A stretch of 64,000 nt of DNA, taken from contig JBBIRR010000001.1 of assembly GCA_037441705.1 (NCBI GenBank), positions 64,001 to 128,000 on the forward strand. The letters are read 5' to 3'. Positions 45,515-53,346 of the stretch are shown one piece after another; the first letter of the stretch is position 1; each line of letters starts with the position of its first letter. Below the pieces are notes generated by a model. The model did no database searches and was not told where the DNA came from. It saw only the letters and a list, made by a program, of their open reading frames with translations. The translations under genes were made by a program, and so were the position numbers. Source of the stretch: Ignavibacteriales bacterium. GTDB lineage: Bacteria; Bacteroidota; Ignavibacteria; UBA10030; UBA6906.

Positions 45515-48500
45515 TCATGAAGTCACAAGCGACGGGGTTTCCACCCGGCGTGTATCCGGGGCACCCCACACAAATTCTTTTCGTCCGATCTCTCGCGATC
45601 GTAACTGGATAACCTCCTCCGGTGTTTGGAACAGGTAGCGGAGGTGACGGACTGCTCCCTTCGTGCGCAGTTTCATCAGACACTGCACCGGAGCGAGCTT
45701 CTTCTCCTTCAGAAGCGCCAGATCGAGGTCAAGGATACGCATGATGAGGTCTCTGTCCTGCGGGTCATCGGGATTGAAGTTGTGCCCATATCCTCGATCC
45801 GTGAACCGATTGATGATGGTAGCGAAGGGAAGGAACATCTCGCAGTCGAACCGTTGGATCAGGAGTGGCAGAATATCCTGCGCGCGGATGCCTTCAAAAC
45901 CCTCGCTGCTGCAATCATGATTCATCGGCTCATCATCATAAGTCTTCCAGTACGCGTTGTATTTGTACTTCCTGTCGAGCGTATCCCAGATCGTTCGCAC
46001 AACGGAGGAGGTGGCGGGCCACATCACGTGGCCGTTCCGCCCGATCATATCATTCACAAGAAAGATAAACTGCTCGGACGCTGCAGCATCAATGGCGGCA
46101 AATAGCTTCTCTAATGCAACGATATGGTGAAGTGAATGGCTGGCAAGCACAACATCGAATTGCCCGCTCAGGTTCACGTTGTTCAGGTCCTGCACCGAGA
46201 AGACCGCATACGGGAAGCCCCGTTGGGCGGCCAGAGCGTTGGCTCGTTCAATCATCGTGGGATTCAGATCGAGACCGAGAAGCTGCACGCGTTCGGGTTC
46301 GCACACCCGGGCAAGCACATCCAGCTCAACATCTCCGTTGCCGCACCCGATCGAGAGGACACGGACGTTGCCGGCGCGGCTCTTCAGCATCTCCGAAATC
46401 TCTCTTGCCCACCAATCCCTGATATCCGACTCCCCGGTCAATTCCTTCAGCCATTGGGAGAGCGAAGCCTCGTTCACGACGTGATTGATTGGCGGAAGAT
46501 CATGGACGTTGATCTCTCCGGCATAGCGGGCTATTTCTGCCCCGAGCTTTCTCCGGTACTCACCTTCGCCTGTATCATTGGGGTTGTGCGCATCTCGTCG
46601 GGTAAGCGTAAGCACGGGGTGATACCGGCGGTCGCTCGATGTCGGCCGGAGCAATTCGTTCAGCTCAGACTCTGCGGTTACCGGTGTGAAGCCTTTCGCT
46701 TGCAACGCCTCAACCAACTCGCGCGCGGTTTCGTTCGAGGGATCTACGGCAAGCACACGATTAAAAAAGTAGAAAGCATCTCCGTACCAATCGAGACTCA
46801 CGCAAATGGAGCCAAGTGACAGAAGCGCCTCCGCGTCATCGCTGGACCGGCTGAGGACATAGCGGAGATGCGGAATTGCATCCTCGGGGCGACCGGTGTG
46901 GACATACAGGTCTGCAAGATTCTTCCGGGCATCCAGGAAGTCCCTGTCCAGGCGGACGGCGCGTTCAAAGTTCTGCAACGCAAGTTTGAGATTTCCCCGA
47001 TGGAACGCCCGCACGCCAAGCTCATTATGGATTTCCGGCAACGACGGATCGTATTGCATCGCGAGATCGAAGGCGAAGTCTGCCTCCGCTGTTCTGCCCA
47101 AAGCCTGCAAAAGCCTGAAATAGCGGAACTGCAGCTTGGCCTGTTCGGGGAAGCACGTGAAACTTCGGCGGAGGCGCTGCAGCGCTGCTGTTGTATCATC
47201 CCGCTCCAGCACCGCGTCGATCTCGGCAAGGAGATGTGCAATGACTGGCTTCTCGGCCGCGTGTTTCGGGCTCAACCCTGCGCGCCCGGCCAGTTGATCA
47301 TACTGCTGCTTGAGCTGTTTGTACTGATTTTTCCAATAGGCCATTTCGAGTCCGGCGTTGAGCTGCGTGTTTGCCTGATCGCCCGAATGCTGCCGATACT
47401 CCAGGAGAAACTCCGCACAATGAACAGCACTCCATCCGGCATTGACCATCCGAACAAACAAATGATGATCCTCGGGTCCCGCGGAATCCTTATACCCTCC
47501 GACCTGTTCAAAAGCTTTTCGCCGGTACATCGAAGACCCGTGGATGAAATTGTTCTGCGCCAAGGAACGCCTGGTCTCCTCGGTAAAATCCACAAAGCGC
47601 CAGAGGAAGACATCCGCCGTTCCAGCCGCAGGTGTTGCGCCGACCTTTTGTGCAAGCACTTCTGCACGCGGGCCGAAGAGGGCAACATCCGTATAAGCAA
47701 TCGCCGCTTCAGGATGAGTATCGAGGGCGAGTTTGCACTTCTCGACGTAGTCGCTTCGCAGGCGATTGTCGGCGCCGAGGAAGCAAATGTATTCGCCGTT
47801 CGTCAGACTGACCGCTTTGTTGAAGTTGGCAACGATACCCAGATTTCTCTCGTTGCGCACGATACGAATCCTGTCTTTGTATCGCTCGGCAATCTCCATC
47901 GAGTTATCGACCGAGCAGTCATCAATGAAGAGGATTTCATCGGGGAGAACAGTTTGGTGCAGCGCACTTTCGATTGCTTCGGCGGCGAAGCGGCCGTAGT
48001 TGTAGTTGGCAATGATGAGTGAAACGGATGAAGAAGGGAAGCGGGTCTCACTCGTCACTTCGAGACGATTGAGCTGGTACCTGTCGCTGTTGTTTCCTCC
48101 AACGCACGACAATGCCCCGCGGAAGCGCCGCTTCACCTCGTCAACAACGGTGGGATTGTGTTTGCCGTAGGGATAGGCAAACCACCCAAAGCCTTGGGGG
48201 TCGAGCTTACGGACGTCCTCGGGCACGGTCAGTTCGTAAGCCAATGCGGCAGCATCGAGTGTTGTGCAGTCCGGATGTGTCACTGTGTGCCATTGGAGGC
48301 GCCCGCCTGCTCTTACACACTTTGCGAGCTGCTCGCGGGTCGCAAAGCGAGCCGGGGGTTCTTCAGCCTGATCAAATTCGTTCGACCGGCCTATCACCGC
48401 GCTGGTAATGAATAGCTCAAACGGGTAGCCGAACTTTCGCAGGATTGGAAGGGCAAATTGATATACATTCTCGTACACACCATCGAATGTAATGCATGCG

Positions 48501-48643
48501 TGTTTCGGGTCGTCGGGATTGTATTCATCGAGAGAGACGACCTTGTAGCGTCTCAGCTCTTCCATTTGCCGCCAGAAGGCATCAACACTCACCCACCACT
48601 TGGTCGGTGTTTCAGGGTGGACTTTGTGATACATGAGAATCAT
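45515..48643 (-). CDS. Fusion: polysaccharide deacetylase (CE4/NodB-like)-GT2-TPR-SAM methyltransferase
   Basis: ILMYHKV, ITFDG, WHTVTHP, FAYPYG; GT2 (IIANYN, IDDCSVD, FLGAD, ED); TPRs; methyltransferase VLSIGCGNG...FDVV...LHH. Confidence 0.85.
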   Translation of the reverse strand: MILMYHKVHPETPTKWWVSVDAFWRQMEELRRYKVVSLDEYNPDDPKHACITFDGVYENVYQFALPILRKFGYPFELFITSAVIGRSNEFDQAEEPPARFATREQLAKCVRAGGRLQWHTVTHPDCTTLDAAALAYELTVPEDVRKLDPQGFGWFAYPYGKHNPTVVDEVKRRFRGALSCVGGNNSDRYQLNRLEVTSETRFPSSSVSLIIANYNYGRFAAEAIESALHQTVLPDEILFIDDCSVDNSMEIAERYKDRIRIVRNERNLGIVANFNKAVSLTNGEYICFLGADNRLRSDYVEKCKLALDTHPEAAIAYTDVALFGPRAEVLAQKVGATPAAGTADVFLWRFVDFTEETRRSLAQNNFIHGSSMYRRKAFEQVGGYKDSAGPEDHHLFVRMVNAGWSAVHCAEFLLEYRQHSGDQANTQLNAGLEMAYWKNQYKQLKQQYDQLAGRAGLSPKHAAEKPVIAHLLAEIDAVLERDDTTAALQRLRRSFTCFPEQAKLQFRYFRLLQALGRTAEADFAFDLAMQYDPSLPEIHNELGVRAFHRGNLKLALQNFERAVRLDRDFLDARKNLADLYVHTGRPEDAIPHLRYVLSRSSDDAEALLSLGSICVSLDWYGDAFYFFNRVLAVDPSNETARELVEALQAKGFTPVTAESELNELLRPTSSDRRYHPVLTLTRRDAHNPNDTGEGEYRRKLGAEIARYAGEINVHDLPPINHVVNEASLSQWLKELTGESDIRDWWAREISEMLKSRAGNVRVLSIGCGNGDVELDVLARVCEPERVQLLGLDLNPTMIERANALAAQRGFPYAVFSVQDLNNVNLSGQFDVVLASHSLHHIVALEKLFAAIDAAASEQFIFLVNDMIGRNGHVMWPATSSVVRTIWDTLDRKYKYNAYWKTYDDEPMNHDCSSEGFEGIRAQDILPLLIQRFDCEMFLPFATIINRFTDRGYGHNFNPDDPQDRDLIMRILDLDLALLKEKKLAPVQCLMKLRTKGAVRHLRYLFQTPEEVIQLRSREIGRKEFVWGAPDTRRVETPSLVTS

Positions 48644-49176
48644 TTCTGGTACACCTCAAGGATGTGGGTATACTCTCGATACGAGTAGTACTCCCGATGC
48701 AACGTGACGTACGGGAACCGCAGCGCGTACCACTCATGAATGTGAACGCTGACCAGGATGCCGCCCGGAACCAGAACCCGATCAACGATTTCATACACGA
48801 GCTTCTTGCTCTGCGCGAGATACTGAGGATAGAATACCCCTGTGGCAACAACGAGGTCGAAGGCGTTCTCCCATTCCAGCTCAGGAATGTCGAAGAGAGA
48901 ATGCTGTTCGTACGTGATCTGCGGCGGCGCATTCTGCCTCGCCCATCGAATGGCATTGGCTGACACGTCAATGCCCATCACGCGTTTGCCCGGGAGGCGT
49001 TTGGTGATGAAACCGTCGCCGCACCCGATATCCAGCACGCTTTCGTATTCCCGCTTCGGCAGCGCCCCAAGAAGCATCGCACGGCGGTTGAGGTCGTCGG
49101 GATTGGTCTCGTAGTGCCACGGATCAGGCCTCTCGTACCATTGTTCCAGCTCGTCGATCGGTTGAAGAACGTTCAT
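48640..49176 (-). CDS. NodS-like class I SAM-dependent methyltransferase
   Basis: N-terminal YERPDPWHYE..DD..R...L..LP resembles NodS. SAM motif VLDIGCGDG, GIDVS, FDLVV. ATGA overlap with the deacetylase fusion. Confidence 0.78.
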   Translation of the reverse strand: MNVLQPIDELEQWYERPDPWHYETNPDDLNRRAMLLGALPKREYESVLDIGCGDGFITKRLPGKRVMGIDVSANAIRWARQNAPPQITYEQHSLFDIPELEWENAFDLVVATGVFYPQYLAQSKKLVYEIVDRVLVPGGILVSVHIHEWYALRFPYVTLHREYYSYREYTHILEVYQK

Positions 49177-49461
49177 TGTATGCGTCGATAGTGGATTCGT
49201 TTGCGCGTAAGAACTCTTTCCGCATCGTACAACCTGCATGCCGCGAAACCTCGGCGATTTGGAAAACATTATCGGCCTGACCCCTCTTCGTGGTGCACAA
49301 TATTGCGCAAGTGTCTTCCTTTATCTTTTTCTTTGCATCTCCTCCCCCATCTTCCTATTTTTCGATCAACAATAGGGGCCGTTGTGGAGGCACAACTACC
49401 GGCCTGATCCCATGGAATTCCACACATCCATGCAACCAGACGGCCCGTTCGCAAATCATCC

Positions 49462-50664
49462 ATGCTTGCAGCAACACAGCGACACGTACAGAACGAACTC
49501 CTGTCGGACGAACGCATAGCCGGTATTCGGGCTTTGTTCCCACACACGGCTCAGCGCAAGGTCTACCTCAACCACGCAGGCACGGCACCGATGTGTACCC
49601 GCGTGGTGGAGGCGATCACGGCACACCTCCGGGAACGCTCGGCAGGCATGATCGAGACCTACATGGCGCAGGACGTTGCGAAGTTCGAGGAATGCAGAAA
49701 ACTCGTGCAGGAGCTGATCAATGCCGAATCGCCCGACCGCATCGCGCTGATGATGAACACGTCGGATGCAATCAATGCCGTAGCGTCGGGGCTATCGTGG
49801 AAGAGCGGCGACCGCATCCTGCTGCATGAGGCGGAGTTCCCGGCCAATGTGTGGCCCTATCTCGGACTCAAACGTCATGGGGTCGAGATCGATATCATTC
49901 CGCAGAGCAAGGGACACCCGACACCTGAGCTGATCGCCGATGCCGTCACGACGCGAACGAGATTGATTGCGTTGAGCGCGGTGCAGTTTCTCACGGGCTA
50001 TCGTGCCGATCTCGAAATGATCGGATCGTTCTGCCGCCGCAACGGGATCATTTTCGTCGTGGATGGAATTCAAGCGGTTGGTGCTCTGCGGCTGGATGTG
50101 CAACGAATGAAGATCGACGCTCTCGCTTCCGGCTGTCAGAAGTGGCAGTTGGGTCCGCAGGGAACCGGCTGGCTCTACCTGACGGAGGAATTGCAGCAAC
50201 GCATCCATCCTGCCTTCGTGGGTTGGCTCGCCGTGGAAGACCCGTGGGATTTCTTCAACTACGATCAACGACTTTCCACAACTGCGCGTATGTTTGAAGG
50301 GGGAACGAAGAACATCCCCGGCTTGTACGGCATGGCGGCCGCGCTGAAGGTGCTTCTCGACGTTGGCCTTGAAAGCATCGAGGCGCGCATCCTGACTCTC
50401 ACACAACTCCTGATCGAGGAATTTCAGGAAATCACCGGACTGACGCTTCTGACGCCACCCCATGCGCATGAACGCGCAGGCATCGTCACCGTTGAGCTGC
50501 AGCCGGGAGTGAACGCAAAGGAAGTCTACAAGTTCTTGCTCGGACAGAACGTTACCGTGGCTTTGCGTGAGGGGAGATTGCGCTACGCTCCACACTTCTA
50601 TAATACGCAGGATGAAATTGCTCTCGCGATCGAGCGCACACGCGAAGCACTTGCACTATACTAG
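49462..50664 (+). CDS. PLP-dependent aminotransferase class V enzyme (cysteine-desulfurase-like fold)
   Basis: YLNHAGTAP, VVDGIQAVG, GCQKWQLGP (PLP lysine), FEGGT, RYAPHFYN. No SufS/IscS catalytic Cys loop seen. Confidence 0.85.
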   Translation: MLAATQRHVQNELLSDERIAGIRALFPHTAQRKVYLNHAGTAPMCTRVVEAITAHLRERSAGMIETYMAQDVAKFEECRKLVQELINAESPDRIALMMNTSDAINAVASGLSWKSGDRILLHEAEFPANVWPYLGLKRHGVEIDIIPQSKGHPTPELIADAVTTRTRLIALSAVQFLTGYRADLEMIGSFCRRNGIIFVVDGIQAVGALRLDVQRMKIDALASGCQKWQLGPQGTGWLYLTEELQQRIHPAFVGWLAVEDPWDFFNYDQRLSTTARMFEGGTKNIPGLYGMAAALKVLLDVGLESIEARILTLTQLLIEEFQEITGLTLLTPPHAHERAGIVTVELQPGVNAKEVYKFLLGQNVTVALREGRLRYAPHFYNTQDEIALAIERTREALALY

Positions 50665-50714
50665 CTCTTTCAATGGGGGGAAACATGCTTCCACCAAGCG
50701 ATGTCAGTACCGAT

Positions 50715-51095
50715 ATGAAAAAAGGACCGACGATTCTCCTCATCGACGACAACGAGGACTTCCGGGAAGCCCTGAAGCATCTTCTTGTCTCCCACGGCTA
50801 CCGCGTTTGCGAGGCGGGCAACGGCGAGCAGGCGCTGGAGCTGATGCACGTCGAAACTCCCGACCTCGCAATCGTGGACCTCGACATGCCGAAGATGAAC
50901 GGGATTGAATTCTCGCGCCGCGTGAAGAAGGACTGGCCCGGCTTTCCTATCCTCATGGTCACTGCATACTCGCGGTTTTATTCCACCAAGGAAGTTCTTG
51001 CCGCGGGCATTGATGCCTTCTTGCAGAAGCCGATTGACGGCGACAAGCTGATTGAGGTCATCAACCAGTTGCAGATTCCCGCGAAGAAAGCCTAA
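50715..51095 (+). CDS. Single-domain response regulator (start 50685 or 50715)
   Basis: LIDDN, IVDLDMP, VTAY, QKP. Confidence 0.88.
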   Translation: MKKGPTILLIDDNEDFREALKHLLVSHGYRVCEAGNGEQALELMHVETPDLAIVDLDMPKMNGIEFSRRVKKDWPGFPILMVTAYSRFYSTKEVLAAGIDAFLQKPIDGDKLIEVINQLQIPAKKA

Positions 51096-51124
51096 CGCTG
51101 CTCGGCGTCCCTCCGGTCAGGCCC

Positions 51125-52078
51125 TTGCGCGCCATCGTCCAATACGTTCGGCAGTACTTCCGCTCGGAATACGACCCCCGGCTGTTCGGGTTGACTGCCG
51201 CGCTGCTTGCCGTCTCCTTTGCGATCAACTACGGACTTGACTTCGAGACAAACGTCATTCGTCGGCTGACGACACCGTGGGAGCAGGCGGCGTTCTTCTA
51301 CGTCTTCTATGCCGTGCCGTATTTCCTCACCCTCGTGTTCTGGAGATCTTCCACACATCGAAGGGGTCCGTTCCGCGATCGGCGGTTCTGGTTTCTCTTT
51401 CATTTATGCTTCGTCACCCTCGCAGTATATGTCACGCTCCATAACGTTCCGTACTTCCTTCTTCAGCACCAGCCGCGTGCTTATTCGTTCTTCCCAGCAC
51501 ATCTGCACACGTACATCGTTCGCTATGCGAGCAACGTGCTGCCCGGCATCATTGCCGTTATGCCTCTTGCCATCTATTGGTATGCACAGGATCGGTCGAC
51601 GTCGAGTTTCTACGGCTTCAGCACGTCGTACATCCGGTTGAGAACGTACACGGCAATTCTGCTCATCCTTGCACCGGTTATTCTCGCCGCATCGTTCAGC
51701 CCCGACTTCCGCGAGGCATATCCGCGGTACAAATTCGGTTTGCCAACCAACCTCCCGATGGGCGAGCAGCAAGTGCTTGTGGGATTGTTCGAGATTTGTT
51801 ATGGGATTGATTTCGTGATGGTTGAGTTGTTCTTTCGAGGATTTATGGTGATGGCATTTGCGCGGTTTCTCGGATCGGCCGCCATCCTGCCCATGGTTGT
51901 GGTATATGCATTCATCCATTTCCAGAAGCCGATCGGCGAGGCGCTCGGTTCCATTATCGGCGGACTTGTTCTCGGGATTATTTCCCACAACACCAAATCA
52001 ATCTACGGCGGGGTGATCCTTCATCTCGGTGTGGCTTATCTGATGGAGTTGGCGGGAACGCTGCAACGAGTCCTATGA
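51125..52078 (+). CDS. CPBP/Abi (CAAX) family intramembrane metalloprotease
   Basis: Multiple TM helices with ELFFRG, FIHFQKP and KSIYGGVILH. Confidence 0.85.
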   Translation: MRAIVQYVRQYFRSEYDPRLFGLTAALLAVSFAINYGLDFETNVIRRLTTPWEQAAFFYVFYAVPYFLTLVFWRSSTHRRGPFRDRRFWFLFHLCFVTLAVYVTLHNVPYFLLQHQPRAYSFFPAHLHTYIVRYASNVLPGIIAVMPLAIYWYAQDRSTSSFYGFSTSYIRLRTYTAILLILAPVILAASFSPDFREAYPRYKFGLPTNLPMGEQQVLVGLFEICYGIDFVMVELFFRGFMVMAFARFLGSAAILPMVVVYAFIHFQKPIGEALGSIIGGLVLGIISHNTKSIYGGVILHLGVAYLMELAGTLQRVL

Positions 52079-52107
52079 GGGGGGTAACGGCTCAGGTTTG
52101 GGGCGTC

Positions 52108-53334
52108 TTACGGATACTCCGCAGCAACCTTCTCGACCTCCGCCCACACCCGCATGAGATTCTCACCGCAGATTTTCCGGATATCCTCCTCTGAGTAGCC
52201 CCGATCCAGCAGCTCAGCGATCAGATTCGGGTACATCGAAACATCCTTCAAGCCGGTCGGAAGCGAATCGCCGACGCCGTCGAAGTCGGAGCCGAGGCCG
52301 ACATAGTCGATGCCGACCAACTGCACCACATGGTCAATGTGGGCGACCACGTCTTTCACATCGGCATAAATGGGGGGATGCTGCTCGCGGTACTGCCTTG
52401 CGTATTCCTGCGCAAGTGTGTCGGTTGGCTGCAGGTTGTGTTCTTCGTAGTATTTGTTCAGCGTGTTGCGTGCCTCTTCGTGATACCGACGCACCTCGTC
52501 TTTCAGAAAGCTCGAACCGAAGTTGATCTGGATGACGCCGCCGTTCTTTGCCAGCGCACGAATCATGTCATCGCTCATGTTCCGTTCCCAGCCCGGCGTG
52601 AAGTGCCGGCAAGACGAGTGCGATGCAATCACCGGCGCCTGCGTGACGCGTAGAATCTGGTAGAACGCACTGTCCGAGACATGCGACACGTCGATCATGA
52701 TGCCGAGGCGATTCATCTCCTTCACGACTTCTACGCCAAAGGGACTGAGACCGTCCCATCGTTTGTCCGGGTCGAACGATGAGTCGCAGATGTGATTGGA
52801 CTTTGCATGGGCCAGCGTGATGTAGCGGATGCCGCGTGTGTAGAAGTAGTGGAGATTTTCCAATCGTCCTTCGATCGGCGTTCCGTTTTCCATTCCCATC
52901 GGCAGCGAGATGACGCCGCGTTGAAAGTTCGCGCGTACATCTGCAGTGGACAACGCAAGCGCAAACTTCTCGGGCCACGCAGCCGCCAACTTCTCGACCA
53001 TCTGGATGAGCTGCTCGGCAAGGGCCCTGCCTCCTCCACTTTCCTCATACGCGGAAGGGACGTAAATAGACATGAAGGCCACGTCCAAGCCTCCCGCTTT
53101 CGCCCGTGGGTAATCGAAGTCGCCACTTTCCGTCCGCACAGAGATATCCTCCATCTTCGCTTGCAACCGATAGGGGACGTCAATGTGCGTATCAACAAGA
53201 AGAAGTCGGCGGGCAAGCTGTTCGGCCCGAAGTTCACGTTCCATATCATCCTTTGGTATGAAGACACGAGTCGGAGTGGCGCAGTAGAATGCAACCAGAC
53301 AAATAAGGAAAAAGCCAATCAGGCGGTAGTACAC
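52108..53334 (-). CDS. Membrane dipeptidase (peptidase M19), probably exported
   Basis: DTHID, GMENG, IDVSH, IASHS, GLGSDFDG, GENLMRV; N-terminal signal peptide. Confidence 0.93.
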   Translation of the reverse strand: MYYRLIGFFLICLVAFYCATPTRVFIPKDDMERELRAEQLARRLLLVDTHIDVPYRLQAKMEDISVRTESGDFDYPRAKAGGLDVAFMSIYVPSAYEESGGGRALAEQLIQMVEKLAAAWPEKFALALSTADVRANFQRGVISLPMGMENGTPIEGRLENLHYFYTRGIRYITLAHAKSNHICDSSFDPDKRWDGLSPFGVEVVKEMNRLGIMIDVSHVSDSAFYQILRVTQAPVIASHSSCRHFTPGWERNMSDDMIRALAKNGGVIQINFGSSFLKDEVRRYHEEARNTLNKYYEEHNLQPTDTLAQEYARQYREQHPPIYADVKDVVAHIDHVVQLVGIDYVGLGSDFDGVGDSLPTGLKDVSMYPNLIAELLDRGYSEEDIRKICGENLMRVWAEVEKVAAEYP

Positions 53335-53346
53335 GCATCCTCCTGT

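Noticed and set aside
49462-50664. SufS/IscS cysteine desulfurase, or a sugar aminotransferase belonging to the glycan island
   Set aside because: It lacks the catalytic Cys loop, is class V rather than DegT-type, and is transcribed divergently from the island.
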